This document shows, in pieces, positions 37,635 through 47,503 of a stretch of DNA of 64,000 nt. The notes under the pieces were generated by a model. That model was not told where the DNA came from. It worked only from the letters and a program-made list of their open reading frames with translations, and made no database searches. The stretch lies in IMG/VR virus record IMGVR_UViG_3300009678_000003; one strand, 5' to 3'. Made by a program: the position numbers and the translations under genes. The DNA comes from an uncultured virus (IMG/VR IMGVR_UViG_3300009678_000003) (Duplodnaviria > Heunggongvirae > Uroviricota > Caudoviricetes). Positions within the stretch are counted from its first letter, which is position 1, and each line of letters begins with the position of its first letter.

Positions 37635-38647
37635 ACAGCAGACAAGACTTTGCGGCCCGCATGAGTACCTTGGAATTAGAAGCGGCAACCGGTTTCTATC
37701 CTGGAGCGATCCTCATTGATGAGTTTGACAAGCAGATTTTCGATGACGTTTATCGGAGATATGTTCTGTTCAATCGCATCAAGAAGATCAAGGCACCAGG
37801 CGAGACAACCGGCGGCTTCACCCAAACAGCGCTAGGCAATGCCCGCGTAGCTCCTGTGCGCAATCTCGGATTCACTCCGACGAACCCAACCAGAAGCGAG
37901 CGGGTGCGGCGTGACATCAAGGCGATCGTCAAAGACATTCAGTTCGGCGCCTTTGATTTGTCCGTCTACGGCCAACAGGGGAACCGCTACGGCGACCTTG
38001 AGGCTAAGGATGTGGCTGATCAGAAGAACGCGGCTCTCCGTCTCTGGTCGACGCTAATATACACCGGAGATATCGATAACGACGCCAACGAATTCGACGG
38101 CCTGAACGAAATCTTGGGTGCAGGAGAAAACATTTCAACGTCGGAGTCGATTGTCGACGCCATCAACCGCAACTGCGCGGAGATGGTGAACAACAAAGAT
38201 CAGCTAGTCTTGCCGACTGCAATCTACACGAACGCTTATGTAGCTTTCATGATCGGCCAAGAACTGCTGGCCCTGGGTATCAATGTCAACATTCAACAGA
38301 CCTCCATCTTTAATGGCAACAACCCGATGCAGGTCATGTTCCTGAACACACCGGCGGGCGCGTTGCCTGTCATCTCCGATCCATTCAACGTCGGAACAAC
38401 CACGACTCCCTACGTCTACGACCTGCACATTCTCACTGAGGACCTGGTGTCTTGGCAGTATGTGGAAGTCCTGGGACAAGCCGGGGCGGATCCAAAAACC
38501 TTCGAGATGGTTCTGAACAACGTTTTGGATAAGCAATTCAAAACCGTGATGTTCGGTGCGCTCGAACTTATCGGCGGGACAACCCATCACAGACGGCTTG
38601 AGATTGCAACCAGAACCGTTGTGATCAAGCCAGCCGCAACAGCCTAG
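37631..38647 (+). CDS. major capsid protein
   Basis: 338 aa, EFDGL motif, position, followed by terminator. Confidence 0.85.
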   Translation: MNSRQDFAARMSTLELEAATGFYPGAILIDEFDKQIFDDVYRRYVLFNRIKKIKAPGETTGGFTQTALGNARVAPVRNLGFTPTNPTRSERVRRDIKAIVKDIQFGAFDLSVYGQQGNRYGDLEAKDVADQKNAALRLWSTLIYTGDIDNDANEFDGLNEILGAGENISTSESIVDAINRNCAEMVNNKDQLVLPTAIYTNAYVAFMIGQELLALGINVNIQQTSIFNGNNPMQVMFLNTPAGALPVISDPFNVGTTTTPYVYDLHILTEDLVSWQYVEVLGQAGADPKTFEMVLNNVLDKQFKTVMFGALELIGGTTHHRRLEIATRTVVIKPAATA

Positions 38648-38671
38648 ACCAACAACCACCTAGTAACTTCT

Positions 38672-38701
38672 GAGGGCGTGCGTAAGTGCGCCCTCTTTTT
38701 T
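38672..38701 (+). terminator. intrinsic terminator after capsid
   Basis: gagggcgtgc-gtaa-gtgcgccctc then T-run. Confidence 0.8.
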
Positions 38702-38781
38702 CCACATGATCATTCGCAAAAAGCCGTGATGCGGGAAATCGCCGGAGGTTCCGGCGCCGCCTACGCCTCAACCGAAGCCCT

Positions 38782-39477
38782 ATGTCCTTTCCTAATGTCG
38801 GAAGACTTGTAACGCCTGAAGAGGTTGTCGCGTTCGTGAAACCGATGGCCAACACCATCGGCGTGCTCGAAACGATTGTGATTGAGACCGTCGAGGATAT
38901 GGTCGAGGACTACTGTAATCGCAAATTCGAGCTGCAAGAACATGAAGATGAGCAATGTTTGATCCGCCGTCCCAGCGTGACGTTCGATCAAATTATAATT
39001 GCGCAGCGTGTAGAGTATCGGCTCAAGCATCGGCCTGTCACTGAATTCATCGAGCTAAAGCAAGTCAGGCAGCGCAGCGCAACCGATGGGGAACCGGTCA
39101 GTCCGGTCACGATTGCACGCAATCTCTACAGTGTAGATTTTCAAGCCGGGATTCTTGTCTTTGGCGCACCGCTTCTAGGCTTTGATATCGGAACGTTTCC
39201 GCTGGGACTTACTGGCGGCTCAGTCTCACAACCCTATATAGAACTCCTGGCAACCTACGAGGCCGGATATGAAGAGATTCCAGCACGGCTGAAGCTCGCC
39301 GTGCTGATGGTGATTGCTCGTGTGTATCGCATGACTTCCGGCTCTGACTGGCACCGCACGCAAACTCAAACAACTGGAGTCCAGGCAGTCTGGCAAGAAT
39401 TCATCAGAGAGAAGGGCGGGTTCACTCCTGAAGAGAGAGCCATCCTCGATAAGTTCGCTACGCCGGCGGCGGCCTAA
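38782..39477 (+). CDS. head-tail connector (gp6-like)
   Basis: VEDYCNRKF, YEAGYEEIPARLKLAVL. Confidence 0.75.
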   Translation: MSFPNVGRLVTPEEVVAFVKPMANTIGVLETIVIETVEDMVEDYCNRKFELQEHEDEQCLIRRPSVTFDQIIIAQRVEYRLKHRPVTEFIELKQVRQRSATDGEPVSPVTIARNLYSVDFQAGILVFGAPLLGFDIGTFPLGLTGGSVSQPYIELLATYEAGYEEIPARLKLAVLMVIARVYRMTSGSDWHRTQTQTTGVQAVWQEFIREKGGFTPEERAILDKFATPAAA

Positions 39478-39481
39478 GACA

Positions 39482-39955
39482 ATGCCATTCCTGCAAAAGA
39501 ACTTTGATAACGCCATCAAGGTCTGGCGCGACAAGGGCCTTGAGATGGTTGGCGACAAGGCCGAGCAGAACGTCAGCGGCAAGGTGCTGAATATCCGTAC
39601 CGGCAACTTGCTGAAGGACGTTCAAGAGCACGAGAAACCGGAGTCGCCAAACTCGTTCTCCATTGGCACCAGCTTGGTTTACGGCAAGGCCTGGGAGCAA
39701 GGGTTTCGCCGCAAAGCCTACACCGTTCGCCCAGTCAGAGCCAAGGCGCTGAAGATCCCAACCGGAGGCGGTATCGGAGAATTCATCTTTCGGCTACGCG
39801 CCGACATTCCGGCACAGACATTCGCCGCGAAGCCATTCCTGCGACCGGCCATCGACGACAGCCGAGTAGGCCTCCGCAAACTCCTGGGTGACCAGATCAA
39901 GGGCGCAAAATTGTTCAGCAGCAAAACCATCGAGATCAAGCTAAGCGTCGCCTGA
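39482..39955 (+). CDS. neck/tail completion protein (HK97 gp10-like)
   Basis: IRTGNL, YGKAWEQG, AKPFLRPA. Confidence 0.75.
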   Translation: MPFLQKNFDNAIKVWRDKGLEMVGDKAEQNVSGKVLNIRTGNLLKDVQEHEKPESPNSFSIGTSLVYGKAWEQGFRRKAYTVRPVRAKALKIPTGGGIGEFIFRLRADIPAQTFAAKPFLRPAIDDSRVGLRKLLGDQIKGAKLFSSKTIEIKLSVA

Positions 39956-40437
39956 TGAAGATCAAGGAAGCCTTCATCATTCTCCAGGAGCAGTTGGCGC
40001 TCACGCAATATCCAGGGCGAGTCTTCAGGTTCGGAATCCCGGCAGCCCCGATAGCTTACGACGTGCGAGACAACGAGCCCCCGGGCTTGTTTCTCGACTG
40101 GTGGAAGGGGCGCTTAGATTGGAAATTCATGATGTGCATGACCTCGCAGTTAGAGAAAGGCACAGCCGACTTTAACGCGCTGATTGTTTTGACTGAGCAG
40201 TATTTGAGCCCGGCGGTTAAAGCTCAGTATCCAGGCCTTATAGACAACGAAATTCTCGCCCTTCACATGGCGGAACTCGCAGACACGCTGATCGCCAAGG
40301 TAATCGCCATCAACGCTTCTAATGTTGGGTTTTTCGCAGCACCGATGCTGCCAACTCATAGTTTCACGAAAGATGAAACAGCTTCAGCCGTGAATCTGAT
40401 GATCCGCGTTAGCGGGCTCAGTGGCTGGGGTGAATAA
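39955..40437 (+). CDS. tail terminator-like protein
   Basis: Synteny only. Confidence 0.5.
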   Translation: MKIKEAFIILQEQLALTQYPGRVFRFGIPAAPIAYDVRDNEPPGLFLDWWKGRLDWKFMMCMTSQLEKGTADFNALIVLTEQYLSPAVKAQYPGLIDNEILALHMAELADTLIAKVIAINASNVGFFAAPMLPTHSFTKDETASAVNLMIRVSGLSGWGE

Positions 40438-40663
40438 ATGCCTAATAAGAAATTCGGGAAATCAATCAGGCTTCAGGCCATTCGGGATGCCAAAACTTTG
40501 GTTCTCAATGCAGAGCTAAACGGCGAGCCAGAAGTCAAGATTCCTGGAGCAAAGAAACCTATAGAGGTCACCAGGGCAAAAGGATTTCTTGACTGGTTGG
40601 AATTAGAGGAGCTGTGCGAAGACATTTGAAAATGTAATTCATCATTCAGGCAAATAACTAAAT

Positions 40664-40780
40664 TCCTCGTCTTATGCCGGGCCTCATGAACCCAGCAAGA
40701 GGACAACGCAGCCTTAGCTAAGGGGCGGTTGATTTGGGAGCTCTTCCCAAGTTGGCCGCCCCTTCTGCGTTTCAGGGCAT
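40664..40780 (+). promoter_or_regulatory. structured leader, copy 2
   Basis: Homologous to 36364-36484. Confidence 0.7.
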
Positions 40781-40812
40781 ATCAAAAAACGACGACGTAA
40801 AGGAGAACGATC

Positions 40813-41850
40813 ATGGCCGGTGAAGTTCACACAAGGACTTGGTATTTCGCTTTCAGCCTCAACAAACAGTCGGACATCTTTACAGCGTTGGCGGATGGCA
40901 ACATTGACAGGCTAAGGCCCGTCCGCACCTTCGCTCCGGTCACGATGGACAAGGACTCCATTTCCGACAAGGAATGGTTTGGCAAAGGCCATCCCTTCGC
41001 CACGTTCTATGACGTGGTGACGAAGCGATTCGTTATCCCGTCGCGCGAGATGTCGGCCACAGAGCTCGACATCCTCTTTGCCGCTGCGTTCGTCATGGGG
41101 AAGGTCGTTACTACAGGTGCCGGGCCAGAGTATACCCATGTCATCACGTTCGAAGACCTGACGACGCTGACAGAGGTTCGCTACACCAGTTTCTTCGAGA
41201 AAATGGGCAGTATCTACCAGAAGAAAGTATCCGGTGGGTGGATCAACAGTTTCCGTCTGCATGGCAAGATGGACGATCACCTTCTGATTTCTTGGGAGGG
41301 CGGCGCCCGAGAGTACGAGGACAGCGTAGCTGCTGTCCCAAGCGTGAGCACCGCAACGTTCTTCAAAACGCTATTCGGGACGCTGAGCTTTGGACCATTC
41401 TCAGCTCTCAGCAGCGGGATCTGCGGCAAGGTTCTGGACTGGCAGGTAGATGTCAGCCAGGCCGCAGAGCCTAAGTATCACCTGTGCAACCCGACAGGTG
41501 AAGAGAACCTGCTCAGCAAGGTTCTGCGCGGCAAGCTCTCGGCAAAGGCTGAGGTCAAGATTGAGATCGATGCTGTCGTGCGTGAGAACTTCCTCGCACA
41601 AGACCTTTGCGCTCTTCAGATCATCTGTAAGTCTGAGGACATTATCACCGGCGGCACAAACCAGCACACGCTCACAATTGACATTCCGGCTTGCAAGATC
41701 AGCGAGGAAGCCTTCAGCGAAGACGGCGAAACCGTCGCTTACACGATGACGATGGATGACGACTCGATTCTGAAGTCTGGATCTATGGAGCCAATCACGC
41801 TGACGCTGCTGACGGGTATCAGCGGCACCGACATTCTGGTTAACGGATAG
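40813..41850 (+). CDS. major tail tube protein
   Basis: Position before chaperones/TMP; YTHVITF; strong RBS. Confidence 0.75.
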   Translation: MAGEVHTRTWYFAFSLNKQSDIFTALADGNIDRLRPVRTFAPVTMDKDSISDKEWFGKGHPFATFYDVVTKRFVIPSREMSATELDILFAAAFVMGKVVTTGAGPEYTHVITFEDLTTLTEVRYTSFFEKMGSIYQKKVSGGWINSFRLHGKMDDHLLISWEGGAREYEDSVAAVPSVSTATFFKTLFGTLSFGPFSALSSGICGKVLDWQVDVSQAAEPKYHLCNPTGEENLLSKVLRGKLSAKAEVKIEIDAVVRENFLAQDLCALQIICKSEDIITGGTNQHTLTIDIPACKISEEAFSEDGETVAYTMTMDDDSILKSGSMEPITLTLLTGISGTDILVNG

Positions 41851-41960
41851 CCCGGAAAGGTGGCTCCCCACCGGGTGAAATGGGCAGACCCGGACTTCGT
41901 GAGGAGGTTCCGGCACCCGCCCATTTTTCTTTTCAGGGAGCCAGGTAAACGAGGGAGCCA

Positions 41961-42797
41961 ATGAGCGAACTACAAATTGAAGGGCAGGAGCTGAAGGTAG
42001 GGAAGGCCGTTGCCTGGGAGTTGACGGCGGAAGAGTTGATATTCCCCTTTGATGCTACAGTCAACGGAAAATCGCACACGTTTTACACTCACATGCGGCA
42101 GTATCGCGCATTCGACTTGAAGCAGCTTCTATCTGAGATCAATTACCGCGTCCGGTCAGAGGACGGAGGAGACCGCGAGATCGTCAAGGGCGGCAAGGAA
42201 GCGATTGACGACTTTTTCTGGAAATATTTTTCTAGGCTCTCTGTTCACGGAGGCCCGCCACGAGAAGGTGACCCAAGTCCAGAACAGAGCAAGGAATGGA
42301 TCAAGAAGAATCCACGCTACTTCATCCCGCGCGGCGTGGTGATGGAAGGATTCGGCCAATTCAGAATCAAGCAAAAAGAAGTTGACGACCAGCCGCACAA
42401 TTCAAACGGCAACCATGCCTCTGCGCAATTTTTCAGCTTAGACCTCAACGAAACAATCACGCTGGTGCAAAACGTGTTCTTTGCTGGCGTTGGTTTAGTG
42501 CCAGTAGAAATGGCCCATAGCTTCAGACGCGAGACAGCTACAGAATGCCATCGCTATGAGCGCGCCACAGACCGCCAGAAAATCCACAGCAAGGATCACG
42601 CGTTCGAACGCACCACGAACTATGACGTGCTTGAGCAGCTTTACGAGCCACTTGTTGAATCAGTAGAAGGCGTAACAATCAAAGGCGAGCCTTGCACAGC
42701 GGCCAATAAAGAAGCATGGGTCAAGCTCGTCCCGTTCTGGCACAAATACTGGATATTGACGGAACTCTTCGGCGGCGTTCAGTCAAAAAACGGCTAA
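41961..42797 (+). CDS. tail assembly chaperone (G-like)
   Basis: Ends at slippery A AAA AAC (42785-42791). Confidence 0.7.
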   Translation: MSELQIEGQELKVGKAVAWELTAEELIFPFDATVNGKSHTFYTHMRQYRAFDLKQLLSEINYRVRSEDGGDREIVKGGKEAIDDFFWKYFSRLSVHGGPPREGDPSPEQSKEWIKKNPRYFIPRGVVMEGFGQFRIKQKEVDDQPHNSNGNHASAQFFSLDLNETITLVQNVFFAGVGLVPVEMAHSFRRETATECHRYERATDRQKIHSKDHAFERTTNYDVLEQLYEPLVESVEGVTIKGEPCTAANKEAWVKLVPFWHKYWILTELFGGVQSKNG

Positions 42798-43255
42798 TCG
42801 CGCAGCAGTTCCCCGGACTATTGCGTGAGCTTGAAGAGTACCGGGGCGCCATCGGCGGCGGTTGTCCCGATGAACCTCAGTTCCGCCAACTCTTCGAAGT
42901 GCTTGGAGACGGTCAGGCGCAAGAAGACATCCGGCTAGCTCACCCCAAAGTTCAGCACTGCGAAAAATTACAGATCAACCCCAAGGCCTGCAACGGCTGC
43001 AGCAAGAACCCGATGAAGCCGGAAAAGCTCGCCAAGAAAGAGCGGATAGAAGCTGCAGGAGAGTGGTTCGAAACGGCAGAGAAGTTAGAACAGCAAGCGC
43101 GGTTCGGATTGCTGTCTATGAAAGAGATCAGTTCCACAGACCTCTTGCTGCTCACGATGCAATGGCAGCGCAGCGAATATGAGCGTGATCAGCGACTAGC
43201 TCTGATGTTTCGAAATCACATGGCAGATTTACTTTCACAGTTGTTTCCAAAGTAA
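42785..43255 (+). CDS. tail assembly chaperone frameshift extension (T-like)
   Basis: -1 frame open across slippery site up to TMP start. Confidence 0.7.
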   Translation, partial: KKRLIAQQFPGLLRELEEYRGAIGGGCPDEPQFRQLFEVLGDGQAQEDIRLAHPKVQHCEKLQINPKACNGCSKNPMKPEKLAKKERIEAAGEWFETAEKLEQQARFGLLSMKEISSTDLLLLTMQWQRSEYERDQRLALMFRNHMADLLSQLFPK

Positions 43256-46200
43256 ATGGCATCTGAAAACGAAATCCTGAAATACATCATGGAGGCGGAC
43301 CCGAGCAAGGTCCTAGTCGCCTTCAGACAAATTGAAGCGGCCCAAAATAAAGCTGCCGCGAGCGCCAAGGGGCCCGGCCGAGAAAGCGCTGCAGCCTTTG
43401 CTCCGTTGACTCAAATGATCAACGAGACGAGGGCCTCTCTCGACAAACTAAGTGCTTCAGCTCAGCACTTACGCTTGACGAAAACTGCAGGCTCAGAACT
43501 GGCCGACTCATTACTTGGAGTCGAGCAAAAGGCAAAGGGCGCGGCCACTGCGGGCAGCATGATGAGCAGTGCCTTCGGACAAGCTCGGAATGTACTCGCT
43601 GCTCTCGGTGTGGGCCTAGGCCTTCGAGAGTTAGTCGGATTCTTTAACGAATCGATTGATGCCAGTGTGCGTCTCAGAGGTGCTCAGGCTGGCTTGCAGG
43701 CCGTTTCAAAAAACCTTGGCATGAACTTTGGTGAGGCCTCAAAAGCGAGCAAGGATTTAACAAAAGATGGAATCCTGAATTTAACAGACTCTTCGAAGGG
43801 TCTACAGAATTTGCTTGCTAGTGGCTTGAATCTGAAGTTTGCCACGGAGTTGATGAACAAGAACAAGGATGCGGCTGTATTCAATCGGCAGTCACACTTG
43901 GGCTTGTCTGAATCCATCAAGGTCTTCACCCAGGGATTCAAAGACGAACTTTCAACGCTCACCGATGCGACGGGCGTTTCAATCAACTACGGCCGAGCCC
44001 TTGAGGGCACTTTCAAGCTCGCTAAGGCAGGACAGATTGATTATACCCAATATCGTAACATCCTAAGCAGCACCGAAATTGAACACGTCAAGCTCGCCAT
44101 CGCGCATACCAATTCAGCTGACAAACTAGACAAACAGTCGAAGAGCATTCTTGCTGGAATTGGCTTCCTCAAAGAGTTGGGCTTATTCTCTGGCAACGCT
44201 GCGAGCGCGTCTGAGGACTTCGCTATCAAGCAGGCACAACTCCAGAATCAGATGGAGCTGACCAGAGCGGCTATCGGCGAAAGATTGCAGCCTGCCTATC
44301 TCGGACTCCTCGCAATCACTCTTGATGTCCTAAAAGCTACCAAAGACTTATTTGAGTTTTTTGGTAGCACTGGAGGCATCAATGAATACACGGGGGCCAT
44401 CGGCGCAGGTGCTGCGGCTTGGGCGCTTTGGAGGTTCGTGCCTTGGTCAGCAGGCGTCACTCTAATTGCTAATGCAGTTAGCTTTTTAGCTCTGGCTCTC
44501 AAGGGCCTTGCTGCTGGTGAAGGCTTGACAATTCTCGGGCTTATAGGAGCGAAGCTGGCGCAAATCACTGCAGGTAGCGCGGCAGTGAGCGCGGCCGGTC
44601 TGATTGGTCTAGGCGCTTCGTTTGGCGCGCTCGCAGGAACAGGAGTCAGCGCGTACAAATCTATCAAGAACGAAGACTTAAGCAGGGCTCAATCCATCGA
44701 AAGCCTAGTAGGTCTCGTCAATACCCTCCAAAACCGCGGCATCAATGCCAAGCCCTTTCTCCAGCAGTTCAATGCCGGAAAGATTTCTGAAGATGAAGCA
44801 AGGCGTCAGCTCGGAATCCTCGCTAATGAAGACTTCAAAGCAAACCGCAGTCAATACCCAGGCGCGCCGCCGTCGAGAGCCGGCCTAGCCGGAGGAGGTA
44901 CGGTTGATCCAGATGCCTTCAAAAAGATTGCAGCGGCTCGTCAGTCGGTAGACGAGCAGATTGCCTCACTCAATAGAAAGGCTCTGAACGGTATCGCTGC
45001 TCAGTTTGATGAAATAGACCAGCGATTCAGGAAGATTATCGAAGCCGAGCAAAAAACTGGCGGTGCCGTTCGTCCAGGTACCATCACGGCCGCAGAGCAA
45101 GCCGCCACAGCCGCCAAGATTGCCGCACGCAATGAAGTGTTTGCCAAGGCGGGTCTAACGGTTTCCGAAGAGGGCGGCTTCGGAACTTTTAGTCTCGCCG
45201 CTGGTGCTGCCAAAGGTCTGCCTTCACAGGAAGAAATTCAGAAGGAAATCAACGCGACTCTTGAAGTCGCCAACAAGGCATACGTTATCCAGATCGATAA
45301 CGAGTTCAAGCTCAAGCAGGCGATGTTTGCAACTGAGAATGAGCGCCTAGCCCGTATCGGCAACATGGAAGCCGAAATTGAAGTCATGGACGCGGCAGCA
45401 ATGGGACGGAACAAGCATGAGAGCCAGCTTTTTGAATTGTTAGCCAAGCAGAAACAAGCAAGTGCCGCAGTATCCGATCCCGCCGAACTGGCGGTATTAG
45501 AAAAGTTCCAAGGCCGGAAGCAACTTGAATTGCTCCGCAATCAATATGACGAAACATTCGACAAGATCAGGACTCAGGCCGAAGGAGTTTTTGATGCCAT
45601 CTTCCTCCGGGGCAAGAAGGGCTTTGCGGGGCTGCTCGACTACATCAAGGGAACATTCATCACCGGGATGAAGGATCTGTTCGGGAACCTAGTTGCAACG
45701 CTCTTTACTGGTGCGCGGCCCGGAGGCGGTGGTGCAGCTCAAAGTGGCGGTCTATTCGGTGGCTTGTTCTCTGGTATATCTGGCCTGTTCGGCGGTGCTC
45801 GCCAGGGAGGCGGTGGCGGAGGTCTGTTCAGCGGCCTGGGTGGTTTATTCGGTGGCGGTGGAGGAATCGCAGGGACGCCGCCTTTCCTGCCTGCCAGGGG
45901 CGGTTTTGGTGGAGGCTTGGGCAGCTTGTTGGGGCTCGGCGGTACTGGAGCAGGCTTGGCCGCTGGCGGCGCAGCATTAACCCCAGGCGTCGCCGGGGCC
46001 CTGCCAACGACCTTTGCTAATACCGGGCTGCTTCCTGCTGGGGGAGCTGCCGGCAGTGCGGCCGGAGGCAGTTCATTCCTTGGCCTCTCAGGAGCGCAAC
46101 TCGGAGCATTCTTTACCAACCCGTTCACGATTGCGGCCGGTATCGGTATTGCCGCAACCATCGCTTATCTGAAGCTACGCAAGACCAGGGAAGAGAAGTT

Positions 46201-46747
46201 CCGGGCAGAGATCCTTAGGGACTTCGCCATCAACGTTCCCGACAACAAGATCCTGAAACAGATCAAGAACTATGGCGAAACCGTCTTCGGCAAGGACGCG
46301 GACAAGAAGCGCTTCGAAACCTTGCGGCTCGATCAGATTCAAGGCCTGCTCCTGAACTACGCGACAGCCAGCGGCCAGGACCCGTCACGCTTGCCCATCT
46401 ATCAGAAATTCTATGGCGGTTCGGCCGGCCGGTCGCTGAGCTTCGACCCAAGCCGCGGCGTTCCTGCGTTTGAGTTTGGGACACCCTACGTTCCGCGCAC
46501 CGGTCTAGCGATGGTGCATCAGGGAGAGGCCATCATCCCCGCTGCGCAGAATAAGGGCACTGTCGGCGGTAATTTCATCTTCAATATCGACGCTCGTGGA
46601 GCCACTGCTGATGCTGCTTCGGCTATCAAGTCAGCCGTTCGGCAAGTGATCCGTGAAGAACGACGCTACGTCACAGAACAGGTTGGTACAGCTATCAATA
46701 GCGACTACAGGCGGCAGAACATTTTAGGCGGGTTAATCGGCACCTAG
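43256..46747 (+). CDS. tape measure protein
   Basis: 1163 aa, Ala/Gly-rich helical; C-terminal GTPYVPRTGLAMVHQGEAIIP. Confidence 0.92.
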   Translation: MASENEILKYIMEADPSKVLVAFRQIEAAQNKAAASAKGPGRESAAAFAPLTQMINETRASLDKLSASAQHLRLTKTAGSELADSLLGVEQKAKGAATAGSMMSSAFGQARNVLAALGVGLGLRELVGFFNESIDASVRLRGAQAGLQAVSKNLGMNFGEASKASKDLTKDGILNLTDSSKGLQNLLASGLNLKFATELMNKNKDAAVFNRQSHLGLSESIKVFTQGFKDELSTLTDATGVSINYGRALEGTFKLAKAGQIDYTQYRNILSSTEIEHVKLAIAHTNSADKLDKQSKSILAGIGFLKELGLFSGNAASASEDFAIKQAQLQNQMELTRAAIGERLQPAYLGLLAITLDVLKATKDLFEFFGSTGGINEYTGAIGAGAAAWALWRFVPWSAGVTLIANAVSFLALALKGLAAGEGLTILGLIGAKLAQITAGSAAVSAAGLIGLGASFGALAGTGVSAYKSIKNEDLSRAQSIESLVGLVNTLQNRGINAKPFLQQFNAGKISEDEARRQLGILANEDFKANRSQYPGAPPSRAGLAGGGTVDPDAFKKIAAARQSVDEQIASLNRKALNGIAAQFDEIDQRFRKIIEAEQKTGGAVRPGTITAAEQAATAAKIAARNEVFAKAGLTVSEEGGFGTFSLAAGAAKGLPSQEEIQKEINATLEVANKAYVIQIDNEFKLKQAMFATENERLARIGNMEAEIEVMDAAAMGRNKHESQLFELLAKQKQASAAVSDPAELAVLEKFQGRKQLELLRNQYDETFDKIRTQAEGVFDAIFLRGKKGFAGLLDYIKGTFITGMKDLFGNLVATLFTGARPGGGGAAQSGGLFGGLFSGISGLFGGARQGGGGGGLFSGLGGLFGGGGGIAGTPPFLPARGGFGGGLGSLLGLGGTGAGLAAGGAALTPGVAGALPTTFANTGLLPAGGAAGSAAGGSSFLGLSGAQLGAFFTNPFTIAAGIGIAATIAYLKLRKTREEKFRAEILRDFAINVPDNKILKQIKNYGETVFGKDADKKRFETLRLDQIQGLLLNYATASGQDPSRLPIYQKFYGGSAGRSLSFDPSRGVPAFEFGTPYVPRTGLAMVHQGEAIIPAAQNKGTVGGNFIFNIDARGATADAASAIKSAVRQVIREERRYVTEQVGTAINSDYRRQNILGGLIGT

Positions 46748-46759
46748 AGAGGAATAACA

Positions 46760-47497
46760 ATGGTTGCGACACTGGTTCAGGAAGGGCAGGAATTTGTACT
46801 CAAGCAAATATTCCATAAAATTCAGACTGTGACCGAGGTTCAAACGCTCGACATCACGGCAGACGCCGGGACCTACAAGCTGAGCTTTGAAGGCGATGAA
46901 ACAGCGTCTCTAGCCTTCAATGACAATGCGGCGGCGATTGATGCAGCCTTGGAAGCTCTTGCCAGCATCCCGGCCGGTGGCGTTGTCGTTTCTGGAACCT
47001 TCCCAAACTTCATCGTCACATTCGGAGGCTTCCTGGCAAATACCCCACTGCCTCTGATTGTGCTCTCAACGAACGCTCTGACTATTGGGAGCTCGGCTGG
47101 AAGCATTGCGATTACCAGGACGGCAACCGGAGCAGGTAGCGTCCCGCAATACTACTGGGTCGGGCTGTCGCAGTCTCTACGGGCAACGCTCACAGAAGCG
47201 GTAACGCTGGCTTCTATCAACGAAGTCACTGGCACGGGATACGCGCGCGTAAAAGTCCGGGCTGACTCGACGGATTGGGTTGCGGCGCTCATTGGAGGTT
47301 TCTGGCAGGGAACATCAAAGACACTCGCATTTTCCGCAACCGGCACTTGGTCCATTGCGCGTTCGCTGTTCCTGGCAACGACCCAAAACAACGATGGAAA
47401 AATAATCGACGTTCGTGATCTGGCGTCTGAATTCACCCTAACAACCGGCCAGAGCCGTAGCTTTAACCTCACGGAAATGTTTGCAGCGGCGGCTTGA
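46760..47497 (+). CDS. tail structural protein
   Basis: NEVTGTGYARV; inserted ETASLAFND..IDAALEAL module. Confidence 0.7.
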   Translation: MVATLVQEGQEFVLKQIFHKIQTVTEVQTLDITADAGTYKLSFEGDETASLAFNDNAAAIDAALEALASIPAGGVVVSGTFPNFIVTFGGFLANTPLPLIVLSTNALTIGSSAGSIAITRTATGAGSVPQYYWVGLSQSLRATLTEAVTLASINEVTGTGYARVKVRADSTDWVAALIGGFWQGTSKTLAFSATGTWSIARSLFLATTQNNDGKIIDVRDLASEFTLTTGQSRSFNLTEMFAAAA

Positions 47498-47503
47498 GCA
47501 TCC

